Part shown: positions 31,478 through 40,935 of the stretch, piece by piece
Layout of the letters: each line of letters begins with the position of its first letter
Position numbering within the stretch: the stretch's first letter is position 1
Origin: Bacilli bacterium
GTDB taxonomy: Bacteria > Bacillota_I > Bacilli_A > RFN20 > CAG-826
Assembly (NCBI GenBank): GCA_045597865.1
Contig: JAZLKX010000040.1
Span: forward strand, 13,473-77,472
DNA length: 64,000 nt
Direction: 5' to 3'
The notes under the pieces: model-generated
What the model saw: the letters and a program-made list of their open reading frames with translations, nothing else
Database searches by the model: none
What the model was told of the DNA's origin: nothing
Program-made: the position numbers and the translations under genes

Positions 31478-31523
31478 TTAGTATATTAGTTATATTAATA
31501 AGGCGTGTGGATAGTGTGGATAA
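31478..31523 (-). promoter_or_regulatory. oriC unwinding site (tandem DnaA boxes, GC motif, DnaA-trio-like tract)
   Basis: The minus strand reads TTATCCACA CTATCCACA CGCC TATTAATATAACTAATATACT in the dnaA-dnaN gap, the same layout as the B. subtilis basal unwinding system. Confidence 0.8.
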
Positions 31524-31597
31524 CTATGTATTTTTGCATGTACTTACATGTATTATAGCACGCATTTTGCCTCGCGCACGCACATATTTATATAAGA

Positions 31598-32956
31598 TTA
31601 TGCTTTTAATTGGTTTTTAATCTCGTTTATGGCCTGTTGTAGATTGGTGTTAGTTTTCAACTCTTTTTCCACTTTTTCTACCCCAGACATAACAGTTGAG
31701 TGATCCTTTCCGCCAAACGTTTGACCAATTTTTGTGTATGGTGTGTCTAGCATAATTCTAATTAAGTACATTGAGATGTGTCTTGCTAAGGCGACTGTGC
31801 CTTGTCTAGAAGGACCTGTAATTTGTGATGGTGTTAAGTTGTACTTGTCTGCAACAACTGAAATGATCTTTTGTTCATTGAGTTTTTGCTTAGAATCCTT
31901 AACATCAATCAAAGATTGAAGGGCTTCAAGTGCTACATCCATATCGATGTATCTTGTAGGTCTGAAACTTGTAACGTACCAGACCAATTTATTAAGAGCT
32001 TGGTCAATATCGCGGATGTTCTTAGAGAACTTACCAGCGATAAATTCAAGGACTTTTTGATCGAATGAATTAATGTCTAATGGACTGTTTTCGATTTTGG
32101 ATTTTAAGATGGAAACACATGTAACAACATCCGGTTGATTGATATTGACTGTTAATCCAGCTGAGAATCTTGATTTTAATCTTTCTTCGAAAGATTTTAA
32201 TTCAGATGGATGTCTATCAGATGTAATGACAATTTGTTTTCCGTGTTGGTGTAAAATGTTGAATACATCAAAGAAGAAGTTGCAAGTTAAATCTTTGTTT
32301 GCCATCATTTGAATGTCATCAATCATAAAAACATCAAAATTGGTAACAAAATCTTTTAATGCGTTAACATTTTGTTTTTCACCAGTTACGTGATTAACAT
32401 ATTCTTGAATAAAATCAGTCGAATCAATATAAAGAACTCTTTTTCCTGGCGCATTTGCTTTTATATGATTTGCGATTGCGTGAAGTAAGTGAGTTTTTCC
32501 TAAACCTGGATTCGAATAGATAAATAAAGGGTTAAAACCCTTTCCTGGATAAGTAGCAATATATAAAGCAGCTTGTTTTGCTTCTAAATTGCTTGGTCCA
32601 GTAACGAATGAATCAAAGGTAAAGGATGGATTGACGATAGAATTCTTGAAATATGTAGGTTTTTGTTCAACAGGGGCGGCAACATTTTTTAAATTCTCTT
32701 TTATATCAAATTTTGCTTTGCAAGGATTACCTAAAATCTTCTTTGCAGCATTTTGAATTTGATCAACATACTTGGAACTTAAAATTTTAACCGCTAAGTT
32801 AGAATTGACTGCAACGGTCATGACACCGTCTTCAATTGAGTGAATGTGTGATTCATCAAGAAAAACATCAAAAAACATGGTGTCTTCAATGGTTGCGTGT
32901 AATTCTTCTAATACTCTACTCCAGATGTTTTGGAGCTCAGAAACACTTTCATTCAT
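31598..32956 (-). CDS. dnaA: Chromosomal replication initiator DnaA
   Basis: FDSFVTGPSN, NPLFIY..PGLGKTHLL, IDDIQ, RLKSRF and GGKDHSTV motifs. Confidence 0.97.
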   Translation of the reverse strand: MNESVSELQNIWSRVLEELHATIEDTMFFDVFLDESHIHSIEDGVMTVAVNSNLAVKILSSKYVDQIQNAAKKILGNPCKAKFDIKENLKNVAAPVEQKPTYFKNSIVNPSFTFDSFVTGPSNLEAKQAALYIATYPGKGFNPLFIYSNPGLGKTHLLHAIANHIKANAPGKRVLYIDSTDFIQEYVNHVTGEKQNVNALKDFVTNFDVFMIDDIQMMANKDLTCNFFFDVFNILHQHGKQIVITSDRHPSELKSFEERLKSRFSAGLTVNINQPDVVTCVSILKSKIENSPLDINSFDQKVLEFIAGKFSKNIRDIDQALNKLVWYVTSFRPTRYIDMDVALEALQSLIDVKDSKQKLNEQKIISVVADKYNLTPSQITGPSRQGTVALARHISMYLIRIMLDTPYTKIGQTFGGKDHSTVMSGVEKVEKELKTNTNLQQAINEIKNQLKA

Positions 32957-33032
32957 ATTTTCTACCTTCCGATTAAGACAAAAGTATAATTATTTATTTA
33001 TAAATAGCAAGCACTATTTTTAAAAACTTATT

Positions 33033-33330
33033 TTTTCCACAAAAATCAACGAAAATTTATTAAGATTTAATCGATATTATTTGACTTTTCCACATATTTT
33101 ATTAATTTTTCTATTCCCACTGTGAACAAATGTGGAAAACTAGCTGTTTACTTATCAACACAAAAATTACTTTCCACATACGTTTTGTTACTAAAAAGTT
33201 AGATTTTATCGGATTAATTTTCTATTCCCACTCGAGTTTTCAACATATTTTTTACATATTGTGAATTATGTTGCTAATTGTTGATTATTCCCGGTTTTTA
33301 TGCAAAAAATCAAGTCAATTTTGTGGACAA
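33033..33330. promoter_or_regulatory. oriC DnaA-box cluster between dnaA and rpmH
   Basis: Near-consensus boxes: TTTTCCACA 33033 and 33086, TGTGAACAA 33121, TGTGGAAAA 33131, TTATCAACA 33152, CTTTCCACA 33170, TTTTCAACA 33237, TGTGGACAA 33322. Gene orientation flips here. Confidence 0.85.
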
Positions 33331-33407
33331 GTAAACCGCTTACATTTTGTTTTTGTTGTTTAGAGGATTGTGTGTGCTCGCTACGCACCTGCATGTTGTA
33401 AAAATCT

Positions 33408-33436
33408 TTGACTAACTTGCTATGCGTGTGTATAAT
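33408..33436 (+). promoter_or_regulatory. sigma-A promoter of the rpmH operon
   Basis: TTGACT-17 bp-TATAAT with extended TG. Confidence 0.8.
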
Positions 33437-33473
33437 ACTCCTCGCGTGCTAAAAGCACAGGGGAGATACACAT

Positions 33474-33608
33474 ATGAAAAGAACATATCAACCAAGCAAG
33501 AAACACAGACGCAATGTCCATGGTTTCCGTCAAAGAATGAAAACAGCAGGTGGTAGAAAAGTTTTAGCTGCCCGCAGACAAAAAGGAAGAGCAAAATTAA
33601 CTGCTTAA
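33474..33608 (+). CDS. rpmH: 50S ribosomal protein L34 (missing from ORF track)
   Basis: Manual translation gives [52 protein letters not shown]. Confidence 0.97.
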   Translation: MKRTYQPSKKHRRNVHGFRQRMKTAGGRKVLAARRQKGRAKLTA

Positions 33609-33614
33609 TTTTCC

Positions 33615-33932
33615 ATGCTTGTTAAAAACCGCATCAAAAAACATCAAGAATTCCAAGAAGTGATTGCGAAGGGTGAACTTGTTAGATCAAAATTCTTCAC
33701 ATTTTATATTTTGGAAAACAAACTTGGGTACACTCGTATTGGAATCTCTGTTCCAAAGAAGAGCGGGACCGCGGTTATTAGAAACAAGATTAAGCGCCAA
33801 ATACGCGCTATGTGTGCTCATAATACTGATTATTCTAAATCAATAGATTTAGTAATGATTATTAAAAAGGCATACAATACTGAAAATTTTGCTGAAATCG
33901 AGCAAGATATTCAGGAAATTTTTAAGAAGTAG
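33615..33932 (+). CDS. rnpA: Ribonuclease P protein component
   Basis: RIGISVPKK.G.AV.RNKIKRQIR (RNR motif), downstream of rpmH. Confidence 0.95.
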   Translation: MLVKNRIKKHQEFQEVIAKGELVRSKFFTFYILENKLGYTRIGISVPKKSGTAVIRNKIKRQIRAMCAHNTDYSKSIDLVMIIKKAYNTENFAEIEQDIQEIFKK

Positions 33933-33941
33933 GACAAACTC

Positions 33942-35417
33942 GTGAAGAAAAGAAATAAAGTAGCATTATTAGCATTAGGTTTAGTTGCAATTGGTATGGC
34001 TGCGTCTTCATGTACAGCAAATTTCTGTACAAATGTTGAGAAGAGCAGAATAGCTTTTGCTGTTGAACCAGGCGTTTCAGAATTTGTTATTGATAAAACA
34101 GGTTCTGAATCTTTTGTTGAAAACGAATTCGATCTTAATGGAACTACTGTTTATCAAATTGTTAAGGTTAATGAAGACAACACCTATGAACATGCTCCAC
34201 AATTAAATAGCATTATTAGTTCTGCAAATTCATCAGGAATTTATACACCTTCTAAAGAATATTTTATCAATTTTGATAAATTAGCTTTCCAAAAAATGCT
34301 TGATGCAAATGCAGCATCTGAACAACCAAAAAGTGAAGTTTCTGAAATTTTACATATGTATGGTTATTTAAGATATTATGATGCAGCATCTGATAGCATT
34401 TTTGGTGGTTATAAAGCAATCAATAACGAATTAAGAAATTCATTAGATCTTGAAAAAGCAGCTTCTATTGATTTTGAAAATGCTTATATTTCAACAATGA
34501 CTAGCGCTGTTGAACAATTCCGTTCCTGTATTACCACTGTAAGTGGTAATTACGGAAACTATGGTGATAATAAGGATGTTTCAGTTTGGCTAGACAAAGT
34601 AACTTGGGGCGAAGCCTGGGGTAAGGGCGGCCACGTTATTGAAGGATTAATCGTTTATCCTGTAGCATGGTTGGTCGATACATTTGCAAATATATTTGCA
34701 GGACACGATCCAGCTAACTTCTTGCAAGGTGTTCCACAATTACTCTCATTAATTTTGGTTACAGTTATTGTCCGTTTATTCATCTTCTTAGTAACAATTA
34801 AATCTACATTGTCACAACAAAAGATGACTGCACTTCAACCTGAACTTGCAAAAATTCAACAAAAATATCCAAACGCAAATACAAATCAAGCTCAAAAACA
34901 AAGACTTGCTGAAGAGCAAATGCGTTTGTATAAAAAGCATAAAGTCAACCCGTTATCTCAATTACTTGTACTTATAGTACAATTCCCAATCTTTATTGGT
35001 GTTTGGGGTGCAATGCAAGGTTCTGCAGTCTTGGCTACAGGACAAGTTATGGGTTTACATTTATCCGATTCAATATGGACAACTTTAAGAATGGGTCCTA
35101 AAGGAAATGTTGGCTGGTGGACAGCATTTGGATTAATTATTTTGATGTCTGTTTCCCAATTCATTTCTTTGAAGGTTCCACAATGGATTCAAAAAGCAAA
35201 AACCAAAAAGGTTGCTCGTATGGGAGTTAACCCAGCTCAAAAATCACAAAACAGAACAGCAAACATCGTTTCTTATGTAATGTTAGCTATGATTATTATC
35301 ATGGGCTTCACATTACCAGCAGCAATGGGTGTTTATTGGTTTATCGGTGCTATTGTATCTTTGATACAAACACTCTTAACTCAATACGTCTTCATTGGTA
35401 AGAAACGTAAAAAATAG
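33942..35417 (+). CDS. yidC: Membrane protein insertase YidC with lipoprotein signal and extended extracellular domain
   Basis: LQPELAKIQQKYP, LYKKHKVNP, QFPIF and GVYW motifs. N-terminal ASSC lipobox. Confidence 0.92.
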   Translation: MKKRNKVALLALGLVAIGMAASSCTANFCTNVEKSRIAFAVEPGVSEFVIDKTGSESFVENEFDLNGTTVYQIVKVNEDNTYEHAPQLNSIISSANSSGIYTPSKEYFINFDKLAFQKMLDANAASEQPKSEVSEILHMYGYLRYYDAASDSIFGGYKAINNELRNSLDLEKAASIDFENAYISTMTSAVEQFRSCITTVSGNYGNYGDNKDVSVWLDKVTWGEAWGKGGHVIEGLIVYPVAWLVDTFANIFAGHDPANFLQGVPQLLSLILVTVIVRLFIFLVTIKSTLSQQKMTALQPELAKIQQKYPNANTNQAQKQRLAEEQMRLYKKHKVNPLSQLLVLIVQFPIFIGVWGAMQGSAVLATGQVMGLHLSDSIWTTLRMGPKGNVGWWTAFGLIILMSVSQFISLKVPQWIQKAKTKKVARMGVNPAQKSQNRTANIVSYVMLAMIIIMGFTLPAAMGVYWFIGAIVSLIQTLLTQYVFIGKKRKK

Positions 35418-35426
35418 GAGAAAATT

Positions 35427-36029
35427 ATGAAAGAATATACCGCTAAGACTGTTGAAGAAGCAGTCAAGGTTGCAAGTGAAGAACTTGGAATCGAAGAAAA
35501 CGATTTAATCTTTACTATAACCGAAGAAAAGAAAGGTTTAATTGGTAAGAAAGCAACAATTACCGTTTACGAATTATCCGATGCAATTGAATTTGCAGAG
35601 AAATACGTCAAAGACGTTATCGAATCATTAGGCGTTGGTTCAGTAACAACAAAGACCTCGCTTGAAGATGATATTATTCGTATTCAAGTTGATTCAGACC
35701 ACAATCCAATTTTAATTGGAAAGAACGGTGTCACACTTCAAGCCCTTACTGAAATTACTAGATTAGCAGTTTCAGGAAAATTCCGTAGAAGATTTAGAAT
35801 CTTACTTGATATTGGCGATTATAAGAACGCTAAATATTCAAGAGTTGCTTCCATTGCACGTAGAACTGCAAAAGAAGTTCAAAAAACAAAAGTTGATGTC
35901 ACTTTAGATCCAATGCCATCAGATGAACGTAGAGTTGTTCATAGCGCAGTAGCTGAATTCTCACACATCAAAACCGAATCTATTGGTGAAGGTCACAAAA
36001 GAGCAGTTACAATTAAATACGTTGAATAA
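35427..36029 (+). CDS. jag: Jag/EloR (KhpB) RNA-binding protein
   Basis: Jag_N (AKTVEEAV), KH (LIGKNG.TLQAL) and R3H (ERRVVH) domains. Confidence 0.93.
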   Translation: MKEYTAKTVEEAVKVASEELGIEENDLIFTITEEKKGLIGKKATITVYELSDAIEFAEKYVKDVIESLGVGSVTTKTSLEDDIIRIQVDSDHNPILIGKNGVTLQALTEITRLAVSGKFRRRFRILLDIGDYKNAKYSRVASIARRTAKEVQKTKVDVTLDPMPSDERRVVHSAVAEFSHIKTESIGEGHKRAVTIKYVE

Positions 36030-36063
36030 TAGAGATTTTTAATCTCTATTTTCATTATAAAAT

Positions 36064-37377
36064 ATGTTTGAAACCATAGTAGCATTAGCAACACCACCAG
36101 CAAAGTCAGCTCTAGCTTTAATTAGATTGTCTGGAGATGATTGTTTTAAGATTGTTTCTAAAGTTTTTTCTAAAGATTTAACTAAGGTTAAGGAAAAAGG
36201 AATTCACTATGGTTTTATTTTGGATAATGAAAAACAAATTGATCAGGTTGTTTTATTAACTTATGTTGCACCACATTCGTTTACTGGCGAAAATTCTGTT
36301 GAAATAATTACACATGGTTCAATGTTGATTGTAAATCAAATAATAGCCCTTTTACTTAAGTCAGGAGCTAGGATGGCCACCAATGGTGAATTTAGCTCTA
36401 GAGCCTATTTAAATGGCAAAATTGACCTAGTTCAAGCAGAAGCAATCAATGATATGATTAATGCAACCACTGCTGAAGCTAAAGATTTATCTATGGTTTC
36501 CTTAATAGGAAAGACATCAAAAATCTTCAAACCAATTAAGGATGAAATAGGAGAAATTCTTTCTCATATTGAAGTAAACATTGATTATCCTGAATACGAA
36601 GATATTGAAGTTACTTCTAAAGAAGAAATTATTACTAAGTGTTCAAAAATTGTTGAAGATGTTAATAAGTTAATTAAACAAGGCGAGAAAGATAGAATTT
36701 ATAAAGAAGGTGTAAAAATTGCAATTGTAGGAAAACCGAACGTTGGAAAATCCTCACTTTTAAATGTTTTCCTTAAGGAAGATAAAGCAATTGTTACCGA
36801 TATTGCTGGTACAACTAGAGATATTGTTGAGGGCGAATTTAATCTTTCAGGCGTTCCTGTTCATTTATATGATACCGCTGGTCTTAGAGACTCAACAGAC
36901 GTAATAGAACAAATTGGTATTAGCAAAGCTAAAAAGGTAATCGATGAAGCAGATTTAATTCTTTTCTTGGTGGACGATACTGGTTTTGATGATGAATTAT
37001 ATTCATTGATAAAAGATAAAAAACATTTAGTTGTCTATAGCAAAGCAGATTTAGTTTCAAAGAAAGAAAAAGATAAAATTTATATTTCTGCTAAGGAAAA
37101 TAATATTTCCGATTTAGTTAATAAAATTAAAGAAGAGTTAAATATTGGTGAAGTTACAATTAAACCGTCTTTTAACAATACAAGACAACTCGGAATCTTA
37201 AAAAGTATGGTTATGTATCTTGATCAAGCAATTTTAGATGCAAAAGATAATCAGCCAATCGATTTAATTTCAGTAAATATTATGGCTGCTTATAATTCTT
37301 CTTTAGATTTATTAGGCGAGAACAACAAAAACGATTTAACAGATGAAATTTTCTCTCGTTTTTGTGTTGGAAAATAA
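36064..37377 (+). CDS. mnmE: tRNA modification GTPase MnmE
   Basis: GKPNVGKSS, GTTRD, DTAG and C-terminal FCVGK motifs. Confidence 0.96.
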   Translation: MFETIVALATPPAKSALALIRLSGDDCFKIVSKVFSKDLTKVKEKGIHYGFILDNEKQIDQVVLLTYVAPHSFTGENSVEIITHGSMLIVNQIIALLLKSGARMATNGEFSSRAYLNGKIDLVQAEAINDMINATTAEAKDLSMVSLIGKTSKIFKPIKDEIGEILSHIEVNIDYPEYEDIEVTSKEEIITKCSKIVEDVNKLIKQGEKDRIYKEGVKIAIVGKPNVGKSSLLNVFLKEDKAIVTDIAGTTRDIVEGEFNLSGVPVHLYDTAGLRDSTDVIEQIGISKAKKVIDEADLILFLVDDTGFDDELYSLIKDKKHLVVYSKADLVSKKEKDKIYISAKENNISDLVNKIKEELNIGEVTIKPSFNNTRQLGILKSMVMYLDQAILDAKDNQPIDLISVNIMAAYNSSLDLLGENNKNDLTDEIFSRFCVGK

Positions 37378-37382
37378 CTTAG

Positions 37383-38147
37383 ATGATTGACACACATTGT
37401 CACATAAATGATGAAGCTTATTTAGCTCATCCAGATGAGTATATTTCAGAAGCTCAAAATGCAGGTGTTTCTGAATTTTTAAATGTTGGTTTTGACCTAA
37501 AATCTTCTAGAATTGCAGTGAAAATCGCTCAAAATCACGAATATGTTTACGCAGCAGTAGGCATTCATCCAAGCGATGTTAAAAAGGCTGGTGAACATGA
37601 TTTTGAGGAGATTGAAGAGCTTGCCAAAAACAAGAAAGTAATTGCCATTGGAGAGATAGGTTTAGACTATTATTGGGATAAAGATTCAGAGGTAAGAAAT
37701 TATCAAAAGAAAACATTCATCCAACAAATAGAAATTGCTAACAAATTGAATCTCCCAATCTCGATTCATTGTCGAGATGGCCTTGAGGATTGTCTAGATA
37801 TCTTAAAAAAGCATAAAGTTAACCACGGAGGCATTATGCATTGTTATGCAGGAAGCGTGGAAATGGCATCAGAGTTTATCAAATTAGGTTTCTTACTTGG
37901 ATTTGGAGGAACAACAACCTTCAAAAATGCAGTTAGACCTAAAGAAGTTGTTGCAAGTATACCTTCCACCGCTTATGTTTTAGAAACCGATGCACCTTAT
38001 TTGACTCCAGAACCATTTAGAGGACAACCAAATCACTCAAAATATCTTTATTTGGTTAGAAACAAGATTGCAGAGTTAAGAAACATAACTCCTGAACAAG
38101 TAGAAAAAGAAACTACCGAAAACTTTAAAAGAGTATTCGATTTATGA
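37383..38147 (+). CDS. tatD: TatD family hydrolase
   Basis: DTHCH, GIHP, GEIGLDY and ETDAPYL motifs. Confidence 0.92.
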   Translation: MIDTHCHINDEAYLAHPDEYISEAQNAGVSEFLNVGFDLKSSRIAVKIAQNHEYVYAAVGIHPSDVKKAGEHDFEEIEELAKNKKVIAIGEIGLDYYWDKDSEVRNYQKKTFIQQIEIANKLNLPISIHCRDGLEDCLDILKKHKVNHGGIMHCYAGSVEMASEFIKLGFLLGFGGTTTFKNAVRPKEVVASIPSTAYVLETDAPYLTPEPFRGQPNHSKYLYLVRNKIAELRNITPEQVEKETTENFKRVFDL

Positions 38148-38674
38148 AGACAAAAATTAATGGAATTTTAGTTGTGGAAGGCAAGTCTGATGTGGCCTTT
38201 CTTTCACAATTTATTGATGCTGAATTTGTAACAACAAACGGTTCAGAAATATCCTTGAAAACCATAGAATATTTGAAAAATTGCCGTGAAAACCGCGATA
38301 TTTTTATATTGACAGATCCTGACAGTCCGGGCAAAAGAATAAGAGATGTATTAGATGCAGAGATACCAAATTTAAAGCATTGTTTTGTAGCTAAAGAGAA
38401 ATCAATAAAACATAATAAAGTTGGTGTTGCAGAATCAACTCAAGAAGAAGTGTTAAATGCTTTAAAAAATTATATTGTTAATTCAAAAGATCCAATTGGA
38501 AATATACAAATGTCAGATTTGGTAGCCTTAGATCTTGTTGGGAGCGTCGATTCGAATGCTAAAAGAGAAAAAATCAGTGAAAAGTTCCATTTGGGATTCT
38601 GTAATGCAAAAACTTTTCTTAAAAGAATCAATAATTGTGGTATAACATTGGAAGAGTTAAAGGAAAACTTATGA
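38144..38674 (+). CDS. rnmV: Ribonuclease M5
   Basis: Toprim VVEGKSD...TDPD.PG.RIR, between tatD and rsmA. Confidence 0.88.
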   Translation: MKTKINGILVVEGKSDVAFLSQFIDAEFVTTNGSEISLKTIEYLKNCRENRDIFILTDPDSPGKRIRDVLDAEIPNLKHCFVAKEKSIKHNKVGVAESTQEEVLNALKNYIVNSKDPIGNIQMSDLVALDLVGSVDSNAKREKISEKFHLGFCNAKTFLKRINNCGITLEELKENL

Positions 38675-39465
38675 ACGAGAACCAATATTTTGAAAACGTA
38701 AGGAGCTATAAATTGCTTGCCAACAAATCGCTAGGCCAGAATTTTTTAATTAATCCTGAAGTTGCAAAAAACATTGTAAATTTGCTTGAAGTTTCTGATA
38801 AAGATGAGGTTATTGAAATTGGCTCTGGTTTAGGCAGTTTATCCTATTTTTTGTCAAAAATCCCTGCAAAAACCCAATTAATTGATATTGATGAAAGAAT
38901 GCTGCAATTCTTAAATGATCAATTTGGAAACATAAAAAATGTAATCATCAGAAGACAAAATATTTTGAAAGAAGATTTAGCAAAATACACAAAAATTATT
39001 GGTAATCTTCCTTATTACATCACCTCTTCAATAATTGAACATATTTTATTAACAGCAGTGAACGCAGACAAAATAGTTTTAATGACTCAAAAAGAAGTTT
39101 ATCCAAAACTTTTGTCTAATTTTAAGAGTCCATTATCATTATTCTTAAATTATGTTGTAGACATTTCTCCAGCTAAAGATGTTGGAAGAAATAATTTCGC
39201 ACCAATTCCACACGTTGATTCTGTTGTTTTTACATTAACTCCAAATAAGAATATTAAAAATGAAAATAATAAAAAATTGCTAAAACTTTTGCAGCAACTC
39301 TTCTTATTAAGAAGAAAGAACATTTTAAATAATTTAACAAATGTTACAAAAAACAAAGATAAAGCAAAAGAAATTTTGGTAAAACTCGGTGTTGACACAA
39401 ATAAAAGACCTGAAGAATTAGACATTAATTTCTACATCTCGTTATTAAAAGAATTGAACTTTTAA
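38671..39465 (+). CDS. rsmA: 16S rRNA dimethyltransferase RsmA/KsgA
   Basis: KSLGQNFL, EIGSGLG, GNLPYYIT and RPEEL motifs. Start reassigned to ATG 38671. Confidence 0.93.
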   Translation: MNENQYFENVRSYKLLANKSLGQNFLINPEVAKNIVNLLEVSDKDEVIEIGSGLGSLSYFLSKIPAKTQLIDIDERMLQFLNDQFGNIKNVIIRRQNILKEDLAKYTKIIGNLPYYITSSIIEHILLTAVNADKIVLMTQKEVYPKLLSNFKSPLSLFLNYVVDISPAKDVGRNNFAPIPHVDSVVFTLTPNKNIKNENNKKLLKLLQQLFLLRRKNILNNLTNVTKNKDKAKEILVKLGVDTNKRPEELDINFYISLLKELNF

Positions 39466-39488
39466 GTTCTTGAGGAAATAATATTAAT

Positions 39489-40343
39489 ATGTACGCAAAA
39501 GCATTCGCAAAAATTAATATTTACCTTGATGTAAAAGGCAAAACCGAAAACGGATACCATGATTTAGACATGGTTATGTTACCACTTGAATTACATGACG
39601 TTATCGAGATTGAATACCGTCCTTTAATGAGAGACACATACATAGTATGTGATAGAGTAGAAGAATCTGAAACAAAATATGATTTAATTCATCAAACACT
39701 TGATGCTTTTAGAAAGAAATTTGGTGCGACAGGTAATATGAATATTACAGTTCACAAAGAAATTCCTATTTGCGCAGGTCTTGGCGGAGGATCTTCAAAT
39801 GCTGCTGCATGCTTAAAAGCATTTAAGAAAATTTTTAAAGTGAAAATGGAACCTGAAGAGGAACTTGATTTTACTTTAAAACTTGGTGCTGACGTTCCTT
39901 ATTGTATGGCAAATGTTCCTGCGCATGTTGAAGGAATTGGAGAAAAAGTTACACCAATTCCATGCGCAAAACGTTTCCATGTTATTATTATTAAACCTAA
40001 ATTAGGTTTATCTACTAAAAAAGTATTTGAAGCATCTGACAATTTTGTTATGAAGCACGGAGATGTTAATAAAGTTATCAAAGCTCTTGAGCTTGGTGAT
40101 GAAAACATGCTTGCTGAAGGAATGTTCAACTCCTTAGAAGAAACAGCAATCTCCTTAGTTCCAGAAATTCAAACAATTAAAGACATGCTTAAAAAGGATG
40201 GATTTAAATGTGTTCTTATGACTGGCTCCGGAAGCTGTGTCTTTGCACTTACCACAGATGCTGGTTTAGCCTATTCTAAGTACCTTAAATACGATAATAA
40301 AGGCTATGATGTATATTTAACCAAAACAAAGAAAGTGAGATAA
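39489..40343 (+). CDS. ispE: 4-diphosphocytidyl-2-C-methyl-D-erythritol kinase
   Basis: AKINIYL, IPICAGLGGGSSNAA, LGADVP and MTGSGS motifs. Confidence 0.93.
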   Translation: MYAKAFAKINIYLDVKGKTENGYHDLDMVMLPLELHDVIEIEYRPLMRDTYIVCDRVEESETKYDLIHQTLDAFRKKFGATGNMNITVHKEIPICAGLGGGSSNAAACLKAFKKIFKVKMEPEEELDFTLKLGADVPYCMANVPAHVEGIGEKVTPIPCAKRFHVIIIKPKLGLSTKKVFEASDNFVMKHGDVNKVIKALELGDENMLAEGMFNSLEETAISLVPEIQTIKDMLKKDGFKCVLMTGSGSCVFALTTDAGLAYSKYLKYDNKGYDVYLTKTKKVR

Positions 40344-40345
40344 CT

Positions 40346-40606
40346 ATGTTATTTATCGAATGTTACGGCAAAAATGTTTACATTGACGATGAATTAGTAG
40401 GTTACATTTCTCCAGATGGAGATATGTTTGCAAACGGTCATAAGTTTGGAATGTTAACACCTGAAGGAGAAATTTACATTCAAGGCGAATATGTCGGTTA
40501 TATAGAAGATAATAATGATATCTACATACGCGAAGAATTCGCTGGTTATGTAACTCCAAATAATGATCTAAAATTAGATTCTCAAGCACTTGCTAGAGGA
40601 AAATAA
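40346..40606 (+). CDS. Small beta-hairpin repeat protein (about five 16-aa repeats)
   Basis: Repeats of G/N-D/E-I-Y-I-x-G-E-x-V-G-Y-I. Starts 2 nt after the ispE stop. Confidence 0.7.
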   Translation: MLFIECYGKNVYIDDELVGYISPDGDMFANGHKFGMLTPEGEIYIQGEYVGYIEDNNDIYIREEFAGYVTPNNDLKLDSQALARGK

Positions 40607-40611
40607 AAATT

Positions 40612-40644
40612 AAAAAAGACGCGAATAAAAAAATGCGTCTTTTT
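40612..40644. terminator. Bidirectional terminator
   Basis: aaaaagacgc...gcgtcttttt. Confidence 0.7.
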
Positions 40645-40671
40645 ATTTATTTAAATAAATAAGATAGGTGA

Positions 40672-40809
40672 TTAGATCTTTTCGTAACGTGGTCCAAGCA
40701 CTTGGAGCTGTTCATCGATTGAGAATGTTAGAGGATCATCAAGATACTCTTTGTATTCTCTTTCAATTTCTTTCTTGCTCTTTGGTTTGGAATCAAATGG
40801 ATCAAACAT
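40672..40809 (-). CDS. Unannotated 45-aa small protein
   Basis: MFDPFDSKPKSKKEIEREYKEYLDDPLTFSIDEQLQVLGPRYEKI. SD AAGGAG, own promoter TTGCAT-17-TATAAT (40861-40833), host-like codons. Confidence 0.7.
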   Translation of the reverse strand: MFDPFDSKPKSKKEIEREYKEYLDDPLTFSIDEQLQVLGPRYEKI

Positions 40810-40886
40810 TTATACTCTCCTTACCTAAATATATTATACTAAATAATTTGCAGATATGCAAATTATTTATGCACACATATGTGCAT

Positions 40887-40918
40887 AAAAGAAAGCCCCA
40901 GGCGAACCTGAGGCTTAA
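40887..40918 (-). terminator. ppdK terminator
   Basis: AAGCCUCAGG-UUCG-CCUGGGGCUU followed by UCUUUU. Confidence 0.75.
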
Positions 40919-40935
40919 TTAGTTCAAATTAGAAC

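Noticed and set aside
30358-31620. Long plus-strand ORFs (109-185 aa) opposite dnaN, and similar short ORFs inside other genes
   Set aside because: Antisense or off-frame shadows of conserved genes, with no recognisable motifs or RBS.
33412-33594. 60-aa minus-strand ORF
   Set aside because: Antisense shadow of rpmH and its promoter.
40672-40809. Possible ribosomal protein L33 by size
   Set aside because: No L33 Cys/Lys-Tyr pattern.
40668-40922. 84-aa plus-strand ORF
   Set aside because: No convincing SD and it crosses the promoter palindromes and the ppdK terminator. The minus-strand 45-aa ORF has both promoter and SD.
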